Below are positions 25,813-38,399 of a stretch of DNA of 62,000 nucleotides, piece by piece (position 1 is the stretch's first letter; the number at the start of each line of letters is the position of its first letter). The stretch is from assembly GCF_036321535.1 (NCBI RefSeq), contig NC_087437.1, positions 9,052,001 through 9,114,000 on the forward strand, written 5' to 3'. Source of the stretch: Camelus dromedarius. Lineage: Eukaryota. The notes beneath the pieces are model-generated. The model made no database searches and had not been told where the DNA came from. It worked only from the letters and a program-made list of their open reading frames with translations. The position numbers were made by a program, and so were the translations under genes.

Positions 25813-27359
25813 AATCTCTCCAAGTTAATTTTTAAATGGATCTTTAGTAAAAATGTATGCGATATTTTTCTAGCTTCTTTTGTGAAGTGATTATTTTTTC
25901 TTAATAATAAACATTTTATGGCTATAAAATCACTTCTAATAAGTATCTTTATAATTCTCAAAATCGATATTTAATATTCTTACTGTTAAGGACTTAAGAG
26001 CCTGTGTGCAGCCCTCCAGCTTTTTAAATGTGGGATTCATGTTGAGACGGTGGGGTTTCTGTCATATAGGTGACATGTGGTCATTGCGTGACTACGTGGT
26101 TTGAGACTCCTAGTAACATATCTTGGACATGATGTCGTGTGAACGACATACATCTTTGTTATTTGCACCATTACACTTTCAGGACAAATTTGTTACTGTG
26201 GCATATATCATAATGGATTATTTTGACTACTGTCTTGAGACATGTTTTTTAATTATCCTGTGATGAAAAGAAATTGCTAACATGAAAATCACACTTCCAA
26301 TTTGTACAGGGGAGAAGATACATTTCCACTACAGGTCCCTCCATGATTGTGTTTCCTTATGTATAGCAGGTCATGTCCCCATAAAACTTCCATGGAAGAG
26401 TGAATTTGATCCTATTTGAGCATATGTAATGGTAGCCCCCGTGTGTTGTTCTGCTATGGGTCACTGAACGATACCTTGACTCATTAGGTACTTATGATTT
26501 TCCAAGTAGCTTTGTTACTCAGTTTTTGGTAGAGCTGATTTTAAAATGAGGAAGGTATATATCTATACAATAAGACAAGGCTATGAAGGGATATGTTTGG
26601 CTTCCTTCACATCCATCAAATTTATTTGCTTGAGTGATAAAATCCAGAAATGTCCCCTTTTCAAGTAAAAATCACACTCAATATGCAAAGCATATCAAAA
26701 TATTTACTTTCATTTAAAGAGAAACCTTTCCTTAAATTTTGGATTTAAATGTTGCCAAACTTAATAAAAGCCTTACTAGATTATTGTTACAAATTATTCC
26801 TGCTCTGTTCTAACAAAACTTAGAGAAATGTTATGTATTTGTCTATTATAAGTCCCCACAGTATGAGAGTTACTAATAAGGCATGTTTTACTTACTGATG
26901 TTATCTTTCATTTGTAATTCCTCTAAGACCATAAATTGACTTGAACATTCTATGCCCTTTAGAAAACTTTAAATGATATTCCTGCGTCTAGAAAGTTAAG
27001 TGGGTGTAAATACCTAGAATGGTAATGTGAGGTGGAAGAAAGGAAATTAATCTTCTTAACAGTGTTAGGGTTGTTCCGATAATTCTATAATGTGTGTTTC
27101 AATGTGTGGGTTAGTGTCTGCATGTTTAAAAAGAAGAGAAAAATCTGAAATATTATTTATTTCAATATGTCTCCATAGAATGCTTAGATAAAATATAAAA
27201 ATAAAGCTGAAACAGAGCAAATCTTCCCTAGAGACTGATAAGTAATAACTATTTGGAAAAATATCTAAACGTCATTTTCTCAGTCTCTCAAGGCTGGGAA
27301 CCAGGAGACAATTGAGGGCACATTCCTTCTCACTTCCACCACCCCACCTCCTGCCACCC

Positions 27360-27910
27360 CAGTCACATACCAAATTGATGTCCAAGCCCGAGTCTTTACC
27401 ACATTCAGAAAAACTTGACACTTTCATTAATGTATTTTTCTTTTCATATGTCGCTCCAGGGCAAGCCACCATTATCTCAAACTGAAATTTATGCAATGCC
27501 TTCTAACAGCTCCTCACTTCTCATCAGTTTTAACCTTGCCCTTCACCAAACTGTCCTCCTCCCAAAAGACAGCGGAAAATCTTTGAATCACAAATCTGAT
27601 TATGAGAACCGTTTGATTCAATTCTGCAAGGGCATTTTGTTTGGGATAAAATATCTCATCTTCATCCTGATCTACAAAGATCTACATGATCTGGTCCCTG
27701 TGTTTCTCCAGCTTTATCTTGCCTCCTTCTCTCCCCAGGATACTTACCACCTCAAGCCTCTTATCCACAGTGGGCTGGATGCCAGTAAGGCTCTTTTCTT
27801 CATTCTTTACCTAATTAGCTCCTTCCCCTAATTCAACTTACTTTACATGCTCCTTCCTCAAAGAAACTTCCCTGACTCTCTTAATCTAAATCTGACACTC
27901 CCCTTTGAAA
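27360..27910 (+). mobile_element. L2 fragment
   Basis: 'caagccaccattatctc...atgcaatgccttctaacagctcc', 'acaaatctgattatg' and 'ccttcctcaaagaaacttccctgact'. Confidence 0.7.
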
Positions 27911-29016
27911 ATCACACTGTACATATTATATTAAAAACACTTACCACAATTTATAACAGCATATGTAAATGATTAGAACATTATAATATTCAACACTACA
28001 GCTCATATTACAACTCCCTTCCCAACCCCAAACCTTCCAAAACATACCCACAACCATTCTAGGTGTAGATTTCCACATGTGGTTTATGGAACTCCTACAT
28101 TACTAGGAAAAGATATCCACACGTGATCGGTGGAAAGTGACAGAGGGAAGTCTTGTGGTCTAATTGGCCATTTCCCTTGGGCTGGATAGTTAACCTCAAA
28201 GGATGGAGTCAAGTTTCCTCCTTCTTATGGAAGAGACTGAAGGATCATCTTATGATATCTTTCAGCACCGGTGATAGGAGAGACTCACTTGCGTGAAAGC
28301 TACTAAGGGCTTGATCCAGTTAGAATCCAGGTCCAATCTCTTGGCAGTTCTTGGTGTTTTTCTCATCTTGGACGTCCGTTCCGTCCTAAGATCAGACATC
28401 CAGAGGGAAAAGGCTTCTCATCTTCATCTTGCTCTACAAGGGTCTGTATGAGTGAGGTCACCGTGGTGGCAGCATAAGGCACTCCCGACTTTGCTCCCTG
28501 CCACAAGAAGAATGATTAACAGCTACTGATGAATAAGACATCCCTGAGAGAATCCTAGAACATGGAGATGAGGCTGAAGCACCGCCTCTGCACCACAGAG
28601 ACCAAGACAGACTACATGAGAAAGTCAAAGAAGTGGCCAAACACTGACCACATTGCCCTCCCCCAGGCCAGTGCTGCACCACCCAGGGAGGTCTTCCCTG
28701 AGTCTCAGGTTCCTCCGGTGGGAAAACAGAGCCCAGGGAGGTCGACCAGCTGCCCTAGCATGGTGGGTCACCTTGTGGGAGCCCCTAATCTGGTCTTGCC
28801 CCATGGGGACTGCAGAGGAATCTGCAAGGCTCAACCACTGGGAATCTGACTGTGACAGAGAAGGGGGAGGGGCTTGTAACAGCCAGCACGTGGCTCTGGG
28901 CCATTCCTGCAGCGCTCAGGCAGTAATCCCAATGGGCAGGTTTGCTTACCTGTAGAATGAGATTGGTGGTGCACTGTGACCAGACAACTTGGGGTGCAGA
29001 TCTACCTGATTTGAGT

Positions 29017-29442
29017 TGCAGGGAAGCAAAATTTGCTACCCTAATGTGTTTCTTTGGCATGAGAAAGAAACAGAATACTCAGAAAGATTTTCTTCTTTTG
29101 ACTTTCCTCTTAACTGCCTAAAAGACTTTAGATGGAGACCATATTCCAGGAAAGAAAACAGTCACCAGAGATATGTACATACCAAGCACTTGCTCTTTTC
29201 TTCATCTTCTTGTGAACTACTTCCATCACTTTGAAATCACAGACACATATCCCCTTCTCCTTAGTCCAGAATGACATATATACCTCACTTTGCATGACTG
29301 TCTTCAGAATCTTCCATGTTTATGCAGATTCCCTGTACACACATATTTAAATTTTTTCTCCTGTTAATATGTTTTATATCATTTTAGTTATTTGACCAGC
29401 CAAATGTCTAGGAGGGGAAGAGCAGAAGTTTCCCTCTCTTCA
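29017..29442 (+). mobile_element. MER34-like ERV1 solo LTR nested in the L1 5' UTR
   Basis: Starts 'tgcagggaagcaaaatttgctaccctaatgtgtttctttggcatgag' and ends 'ttttctcctgttaatatg...ctaggaggggaagagcagaagtttccctctcttca'. It is an AT-richer block inside the GC-richer UTR. Confidence 0.75.
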
Positions 29443-30035
29443 GTAATGTCCTTATATGAGGAGTTTTGCCAGCTTTAGCTCCTTGTTTAGATCACACCCA
29501 CACCCACATCCAAACAAGGAGCTGAGTCATAGCCCCACCTGCTGGGGAGAGTGTCTCACAGCCCATCTGATCAGAGGGGCTGGTGACAGTACCTGGAAGC
29601 CGTATTTCCCAGCAACAGCAGAACTGAGAGGTGGACACACAGAGCTGAATTCCTCCAGAGCAAGGCCAGTACTGGGCATGGAAATCATCCTGGCTATGCC
29701 CAGGCAAGGGGATCTAGTCAAACCACAGCTGTGGGTAGCTCCCAGCTCTTCCCAACTGGAAAGTTGGCTTGGAAAAAATGGAATCATATGGATTGGCCCA
29801 TCCTTGTCCCACACAGGCAAGTGAACTTTTAAACATAGCCCCACCCACTGTGGCTTCTGGGCTCCATCAGGCCATAGGGCTGGCGAGAACACCTGGAAAC
29901 TGGATAACCAGCAACTCTTGAGACAAGTGCAGGAAAAGCTGATCTGATCACTCCCAGAGTAAAGCAGGTCCTGGGCATAAGGGTGTTCCCCTGCTATTCC
30001 CAGACAGAGGATGAATTCATAGTGCAGGCTGACAG

Positions 30036-30194
30036 ATATTCAATATCTTGTAGTAACCTATAACGAAAAACAGTATGAAAATGAATATATGTGTGTATGT
30101 GCATGACTGAAACATGATGCTGTGCACCAGAAATTGACACAACATTGTAAACTGACTGTACTTCAATAAATAAACAAACAAACAAACAAAATAA
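30036..30194 (+). mobile_element. Short L1 3' tail insertion with 11-bp TSD
   Basis: Perfect TSD caggctgacag at 30025-30035 and 30195-30205. The body is homologous to the other L1 tails and ends in (AAAC)n. Confidence 0.93.
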
Positions 30195-31174
30195 CAGGCT
30201 GACAGTAGGTGCCAGCCCCTCTAGAACAGAAACACTGGGAGAAGCCTGGAGTAACCAGCCAAGACAAGGGAACAGAGACATAGCTCCACCTGCTGCGTCT
30301 CCCAGCACCATCTGGCCAGAAGGGTTGGTGACAATACCTGGAAGCTCTGGAAGCCAGCAATGCTCAGGCCAAGAGAAGAGCAGGCATAGCCGATATCTAC
30401 AGTGCAAAGCCAGGGGTTCTGTTTGGCAGGGAAACCGGGGCACGGCTTGGCTTGAGTTAAGACAATAAAGAACTTTACCATCTTCAGAGCTGCATCTTCT
30501 ACTGCACCTGGGCAGGGAGGCTAATTTGTAGCCCTGCTAATTGCTGAACACAACCTCAAGCCTGCCTGACCAGGGACCCTAACCAGAGCACATACAAAGC
30601 TGTACGGCTCATCCAAAAGCCCTGCTTCCAGAGGCAGTTGAACACAGACCACAGCATGTGGCTTTTCCCGGCTGCACAGAAAAATGGGTGGACTCACCAG
30701 ACCACGGAGCTTAGCACACACTCTTGCCTGATGCAAGTGGTCAAATAACAAGCTGTACAGGTTCTGAGTCCCATCATGCTGCCTGCCAGGGCAGGGCAGC
30801 TAACTTACAGCCCCATCTACTACTGCATATGGTACCTAGTCCCGAACATCTGCTAAACCTGACCAGAGGATCCAGGCAACTGTCAAGCCCATTCTACAGT
30901 CTCACTTGTGTAGGTAACAAGCCATCATTCCTCTCCAGCTATTCTCCATTAGTGGCACAGCCCCCATCTCTGACCTCAGGGCTCGAGCAGTTGCCTTGCC
31001 CAAAAAATAGAAGATAATAGCAGGTCCCACCTGCTCAAGGGCATTACCAGCAGACACATAAAGAATCCCGAGCTGAGCCAACTGGTGAAGATCTGTCTCT
31101 GTCAAAGCAAACCTGTGAAGTCTGGAAGAGGAGCTCAAGTGCTCAAATGTGCGGGTACCAGTGAAAGGAGTCAT

Positions 31175-32085
31175 GAGTCAAGAAAAATCAGGTAAATAGG
31201 ACACCACCAAAGGAAACAAATGAAGTTCCAGTAACTAATCTTGAAGAAATGGAGGTGTTTGAACTGTCAGAAAAAAATTCAGAATAGTACTTTTAGGAAA
31301 GTTTAGTGAACTATAAAAACACACAAGCAACAAAATGAAATTAGGAGAATAATAAATGAACAAAATGAGAATTTCCACAGATAAACAGAAATATTATTTT
31401 AAATAACAAACAGAAGTCCTAGAGTTGAAACATACAAAAATTGAGCTTTAAAATAGAGATTTTTCAGAAGTAGTCTCAACAACGCAGTAAAACGTTATCA
31501 GTGACCTGGATGACAGGATATTCAAAATTATTCAGTCAGAGAAGCAAAAAGAATAAAGAATAAAAAAGAATGAAGAAAGTCTATGGGACTTATGGGACTT
31601 GGTGTAAAGAAAAAAAAATCCACATTATGTAAAAAGAGCAAAGGACAGAAAGTATATTTAAGTCAATAATGGCTTCTCAAACCTGGGAAGAAAACTGACA
31701 TCCAGTTTCTGATGCCTTAAGGACCCCAAACAGTTTGACTCCAAATAGATCTACAATGAGACCTATTATAATTACATTATCAAATGTCAAAAAAAAAAAA
31801 TTTTAAAAACAGAAAGAGAAAGGAGAGAAGTTATATACAAGAAACCCATATAAGATCATTGGTGGATTTCTCAACAGAAACTTTGCAAGCCAGGAGAGAA
31901 TGAGAGGACATACACAGATACTGAAAGAAAAAAATTGTCAATCAAGAATTCTATACCCAGTGAAGTTGTCCTTCAGAAATAAAGGAAGGATAAAGACTTT
32001 TCTGAAAAACAAAATCTGAGGAAGTTCATTATCACTAGACCTGCCTTACAGAAAATGTTAAAGGGAGTTCTTTGAGTGGAAATAA
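31175..32085 (+). pseudogene. L1 ORF1 remnant (frameshifted)
   Basis: Fragments read TPPKETNEVPVTNLEEMEVFELSEK, DFSTETLQARRE and QSRILYPVKLSFRNKGRIKTF, all L1 ORF1p-like. Many stops. Confidence 0.85.
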
Positions 32086-32237
32086 AAGACACTAATTAAA
32101 ATCATAAAACAATTAAAAGGTAGCATACAACTCACTGAGTATGGTAAATATATAGGCAAAGTTAGATTCGGTAAATCATAGTGGTGATGCATAATTCACT
32201 TACTACTATAGTTTAAAAGTTGAATAAATGAATGTAG

Positions 32238-32241
<4 letters not shown>

Positions 32242-32274
<33 letters not shown>
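32242..32274 (+). repeat. (TAA)11 microsatellite
   Basis: Perfect trinucleotide run in the L1 inter-ORF region. Confidence 0.95.
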
Positions 32275-32278
<4 letters not shown>

Positions 32279-32379
32279 TACAATAATCTCTTATTAATTG
32301 CATGATATTAAAAACATGTAAATTATAGCAACAATAACCTAAAATGTGAAGAATGGATAGAAATAAAAGTGTAAAGTTT

Positions 32380-32518
32380 GGGGGAGGGTATAGGTCAGTG
32401 GTAGAGTGCATGCTTAGCATGCACAAGGTCCTGGGTTCAATCCCCAGTACCTCCATTAAAAAAATGAATAAGTAAATAAATCTAATTACCTCCCCCCTGA
32501 AAAAAAACTTTAAAAAAA
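32380..32518 (+). mobile_element. tRNA-Ala-derived SINE (vic-1 type)
   Basis: 'gggggagggtataggtcagtggtagagtgcatgcttagcatgcacaaggtcctgggttcaatccccagtacctccattaaa...ctaattacctccccc'. Confidence 0.95.
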
Positions 32519-32525
32519 GGGTATT

Positions 32526-32863
32526 GAGCCAAGATAGTGGAGTAGAGAGACTCACAGCTCAAACTCTCCCACAAATACACCAAGAATTACATCTACAAAC
32601 CCATTGAATCACACAGAACACCTACTGAACTCTGGCAGAGTGTCTCTCATTTCAAAATACAGGAGGATTCTCACAAAATCTGATAAACAACAAGTTTATA
32701 CTGTATAGCACACAGAACTATATTCAATATCTTGTAGTAACTTATGGTGAAAAAGAATATGAAAATGAATACATGTATGCTCCTATATGACTGAAGCACT
32801 GTGTTGTACACCAGAAATTGACACAAGATTGTAAGCTGACCATACTTCAATAAAAATATTTTT
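32526..32863 (+). mobile_element. Mini-L1: L1 5' UTR start fused to L1 3' UTR end
   Basis: 32526-32682 reads 'gagccaagatagtggagtagagagac...cccacaaatacacc...acagaacacctactgaactctggcag' (L1 5' end). 32683-32863 reads 'ataaacaacaagtttatactgtatagcaca...tacttcaataaaa' (L1 3' end). Confidence 0.8.
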
Positions 32864-33114
32864 TAAAAGTGTAATGCTTAGGAATTCTGTTAAAGTTAAG
32901 TTTTATCAGTTTAAAATAGGGTGTCATCATTTTAAGATATTTTATGTAGGCCTCATGGTAACCACAAGGGAACTGTAGCAATTACATGAAAATGCATGAT
33001 AAAGAACTTAAAGAATACTGATGTCAAAAAACATCAAAAAAAGAAAAAAAAAAAGACAGTAGAATAAGAAATAAGAAACAATGAAAATACCAAAAAAACA
33101 GAAAGCAATAAACA

Positions 33115-35920
33115 AAATATCAACAGTAATTCTCTACCTTACAACAATTACTTTGTAATAAACACATATTTAATTTTCTAATCAAAAGCATAAAATGACT
33201 GAATGGATTAAAAACAACAACTAGAACAAGATCCAAGTATATGCTGCCTACAGGAGATTCACTTTAGCCTTAAAGAAATACATAAACTGAGAGTGAACAC
33301 TGGAAAAAGACATTTTAAGTAAATGGTAACAAACCAACCAACAAAGAAACCCAGGAGTGGCTATACTTACATTAGACAAACTAGACTTTAAACTAAAAAT
33401 AGTAATAGAGACAAAGAAAATCTTTGTATAATAATAAAGGGTTCAATCCATCAAGAAGATATAGCAATTTTAAATACTTACAACTAAATATATAAAGTAA
33501 AAACTAACAGGGCTAAAAGGAGAAATAAACAGCAATACCTTAATAGTTAAGGTCTTTAGTACCTCAGTCTCAACAATGGACAGATCATTCAGACAGGGAA
33601 TCAAATCAAGAAACTGCAAATTTGAACAATGCAATAGACCAAATTGATCTAACAGACATATACAGAACATTCTACCTGACAATTGCAAACACACATTCTT
33701 GTCAAGCACACATGGGACATTTTCTAGCATAGACCATATGTTAGGTCACAAAACAAGTCTTAGGAAATTCAAGAAAGCTGAAATCATACCCAGTATCTTC
33801 TCTGACCATATGGCATGAAACTAGAAACCAGTAACAAGAAGAAAACTGAAAAGTTTATGAATGCATGGAAAGCAAACAACTCTCCTGAACAATCAATGGG
33901 TTAAAAAAGAAATCAAAGGGAAATAAAAACATCTCAACGTAATAAAGGTTATATATAACAAGACAACAATTAATAGCATACTCAGTGGTGAAAGGTTGAA
34001 AGCTTTTCCTCTAAGATGAGGAATAGGACAAGGGTGTCCACTCTTATTAGTCCTATTCAACATGAAATACTGAAAGTCTTAGCTAGAGTAATCAAGCAAG
34101 AAAAAGAAATAAAACACATCAGAATTGGAAAGAAGAAATAAAACTGCCTGTAAAATTTTCAGGTGACATGATTTTGTACATAGGAAATCCTAAACACTTA
34201 CCTGAAAAACTGTTAGATCTAATCGATGAAGTCAGCAAAGTTGCAGGATGCAAAATTAACCTTTGAAAATCAGTAGTGTTTCTATACACTAACAATAAAT
34301 TTTCTGAAAAAAAATCCATCTCATTTACAACAGCATCAAAAATATAATACTTAGTAATAAATTTAAGCAGGTGAGAGATCTCTACTCTGAAAACTACAAG
34401 GCACTGATGAAGGAAACTGAGAAGGCACAAATAAATGGAAAGTTATCCCACATCCGTGGATTAGAAGAATTAGTATTACTAAAATGTCAATACTACCAAA
34501 ATTCAATGCAAGATTCAATGCAATCCCTATTAAGGTTACAATGGAATTTTTTACAGAAGTAGAAAAAACAATCCTAAAACTTACATGGAACCACAAAAGA
34601 CCCCAAATAGCCAAAGAAATTCTGAGGAAGAAGAACAAAGCAGGAGGCATCTCAATTCCTGATTTCAAGTTATGCACTGATGCTATAGACATAAAAAAAG
34701 TATGGACCTGGGTTAAATACAGCCAAAGGAACAGAATCAAGAGTGCAGAAATAAACCCAAGCGTATATGTTCAACTAATATTTGCCAAGTGAATTAAGAG
34801 TACTCAATGGAGAAAAGACAGTCTCTTCAATAAATGGTGCTGAGAACATTAGATATTCATATATAAAGGAATAAAATTTGACCCCTATCTTACTCCACTC
34901 ATAACAACTAACCGAAAATTGATTAAAGACTTAAGCGTGAAACCCAAAACCATAAAACTCCTAGAAGAAGTCATAGGAAAATAATTCCCTGACATGGTGC
35001 TTGGTAATGATCTGTGGAAATTATGCCTAAAATACAAGCAACAAAATAAAAAAATAAATAGATGGGAAAGGTGGGAAGAAATCAGACTAAAAAATCTGCA
35101 TTGCAAAACAAACCGTAAAATGGAGAGAGAAGATAAATGAAATGAAATGAATAAAATGAAACAAAATAAAAACAAAATGAAATGAAAAGAGAATCAATGG
35201 TACAGGAAAATATTTTCATACCCTGTATCTGATAAGGGGATAATATCCAAAATATGTAAAGAACTCATACAACTCCATAGCAAAAAATAAACAACAAACA
35301 AATAATCCAATTTTAAAATAATTAAGAATCTAAATAGATAATTTTTCCAAAGAAGATATAGGAATGATCACAGATACATGGGAAGATGCTCAACATCACT
35401 AGTGATTAGGGGATGCAAATTAACACCACAGTGAAAAATCAACTCACGCCTGTTAGAATGGCCTTCAACAAAAAGGCAACAGAGAAAGAATGCTGGCATG
35501 GGTGTGGAGAAAAGGGAATCCTTGTGTACTCTTGCTGGGATTGTAAACTGGTACAGTCACTATGGAAAACAGTATAAAGCTTCCTCAAGAAATTGAAAAT
35601 AAAACTCTCATATGTTCCAGTGATTTCACTCCTGGATTATATCCAAAGGAAATGAAAGCACCAAATCAAAAAGAACCCCTATGTTCACAGCAGCATGTTT
35701 ACAACAGGCAAGATGCAGAAATAAATCTAAGTATCTACTGATGGATGAGTGAGTAAATAAGTTGTGGTATATATATATATACAATGGAATATTACTCAGC
35801 CATAAAATTGAGGACACTCTACCATTTGCAACAACATGGATGGACCTTGAAGGCATTATGCTATATGAAATAAGTCAGACAGAGAAAGACAAATACTGTA
35901 TGATCTCACTTATATGGAAT
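33115..35920 (+). pseudogene. L1 ORF2 remnant (endonuclease, RT, C-terminal domain), inactivated
   Basis: Endonuclease SDH codons at 33801-33809 and RT QGCPL at 34029-34043. The FADDM motif is mutated to FSGDM at 34156-34170. ORFs 34371..34562, 34484..34792 and 35762..35956 translate to ORF2p-like peptides. Confidence 0.92.
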
Positions 35921-38399
35921 CAAAGAAACAAAAACAAAAAAGCACCAAATTTATAGAAAAAGAAGTCATATTTGTGGTTACCAGAGGTGGGGATGGTCAA
36001 AGTGGTCAAAAGGTACAAACTTCCTGTTATAAGTAAGTACTAGGATGTAAAGCACAACATGATGGCTATAGTTAACACTACTGTACAATGTATAGGAATG
36101 TTGTTAAGAGACTAGATCCTTTTTGTTGTATCTATATGGTTTGGTGGACAGTAGCTAAACCTATTGTGGTAATCATTTTATAATAGATGTAAATCAAACC
36201 ATCATGCTGTACACTTTAAACCTATACAGTGATGTATATCAATTACTTCTCAAAATGAGAAGAGGAGAGAATCAGATACCTAGCTTCCAGAACGTTGCCC
36301 ATTGTTCCTCCTTCCTTCCTTTTCTCTGAGTTAGTGATCAATTTTGAACTACTTTATGTCTAAATCCATCTGTATGTATATACAAAGCTTTATTTCATAT
36401 ATATATTTTATATATGTATACATACACACATTTATCTATTCAAAATTGTGTTTGCGAGTAACTTGCACAATTCTCCTTTAGAATATTTTCTCAAGTTGAA
36501 CTGTTCTTTTTTTTTTTTATTAAATGAATATCATTCTTATTCTTGTCTTTGAACTAGTTACACCTATTGTTTATCATGTTTCTCTTTTCTCTCTACTTTT
36601 ACGAACACAACCGCTCTCCCACAGCTTAGCTCGAGTCCTTTGGAGGACTTTCTTCTGTTCTTTCTCTTTCTATGCTTTCTTCCTACCCAACCCATCATGA
36701 AATCTTGCACTGCATTTTGTAGTATTTACTTGGCACCCATGCTTTCTTGTTTGGGTCATCTTTTTTATATATACGTATTTCCTACCCAAGAGAAAGCTCC
36801 ATTTTTCCACCACCGAGGGCTGGGGTAGTTTTCCTTCTCCATGGTGTATATATGGAAGGTGAGTAAATGAATGGAAAAATATATTAATGCCAATTTTGGT
36901 TATTTTCAAGTTATGCATATTCTTTGGGATTAACTTGTTCATACACCTATTCTCTGAATTTTTTTTTTATTCTCTGAATCTTTTTTAAGTTTTATCCAGC
37001 TGGTTTTGTATCACCAAGATCTCCAAGCCACCTTCTTTTCTTGCAGAAGGCAATACAGGAGACGAATTGATTCTGTTATGCAGTGTACTTCCCAGAGCTA
37101 ACATTCTGCCCTGCAAATCATGACAGCTGCGTAAGTGTGTGCAGTTATTCTTGATCATGGTATTTTTTTTTCACTATTGCAGTTCTTATTCAATGTCTTT
37201 CCCTTATTCAAATACCCGATCATATTTTAAAATATCCATGTTCAAATATTTTACATTCATAATGGTACCTACAGTAAAATGGGAATGATAGTGATACACA
37301 TTGCCAGGATATCATCCAAAAAGCGTATAGAAAATAATAACTTTGAAGTAATTTGCCCTTTAATTACATGATCATCATTACTTTTGAATATAATTGACAA
37401 AAATCCAGGCAACCATTCAAACTTACACACAGAGACCAGAGAACAACTATATTCCCAAATATCAAGTTAAGGTTACAGAATTAACCTCTTTAATCAACAT
37501 ATTTGTATCATCATCCTTTATTAAAACATGATTTAGTGATTCAAAGATTTCCCCACCACCTTTGCCCACTTTTCCTAGATAATAGTCTGTGATTCGGCAA
37601 GTAAGCTAGAAGTCTGGTTAATAACGTAAAGGTCTCTGATAAGATACTACGTTTCAGCTATCTCATTATAGCTCAAATATTTTAGTCATGATGATCCAAA
37701 GTTGAAGCCAAACACATAAATCACTGAAGGATTCTGTTTGCAAGATGACAACTTGTTTTCCTTGGCTTCTTCTCACAACTCACATCAATTCCAAATTTGC
37801 ATTCACAAAGCGAATCTCAGGAAACACTTCATGTTAACGTACGAAAACTCAACATTTGGTAAGACATGAAAAGGGACTTATGCATGAAATGTCCTACAGC
37901 ATCAGAAAACTATTTACTCAAAAATCAAACTTAGCTAAATTTTATATTTTGGGAGGAAAGTAACTAGCATGATCAGTCTCTGGGCTGTACTGTGATTTTT
38001 TTTTTACAGAATGCCTCTGATTAGTCGTCAAAAAAATTAGTCTGAAAGAACTGTGGATCACGCCCTCGTTCCATGGAGCTGAGAATTTGGTGGGACGGGG
38101 GTGCAGGGGGTGCATGGGTGGAGGGTGGGCGGGTGATAGAGCCGCCATAAATTGAGTTCAGGGTTCAGGTAAGAAGTTTCCCCTCTGGTAACTGACATGC
38201 AATGAAAGAAAATTCTTTCCCGGAAGTTTGGCTAGGGAGACCCAGCACAGAAACCTGGTGACTAATAATTGAATGAGGTTTGTTCGTTCGTTCATTTTAC
38301 CAAGATTTACTAAACAATGTCCCCTTTGAAAAGGCGAAAATAATTAAGACAAAATCCTTGCCCAGGTTGAGCTAGAATAAAAATAATAATTTAAAACTT

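Larger units (their letters stand above)
28450..36260 (+). mobile_element. Decayed near-full-length L1 (L1MA9-like): 5' UTR, ORF1, spacer, ORF2 with internal deletion, 3' UTR
   Basis: GC-richer 5' UTR ~28450-31170, ORF1 remnant from ~31175, ORF2 remnant ~33115-35920, and a 3' UTR similar to 1560-1990. Contains nested younger inserts. Confidence 0.92.

Noticed and set aside
26030..26540. Possible exons after 'ctttcag' and 'actacag' acceptors
   Set aside because: I found no consistent acceptor-donor pair with an open frame or recognisable product.
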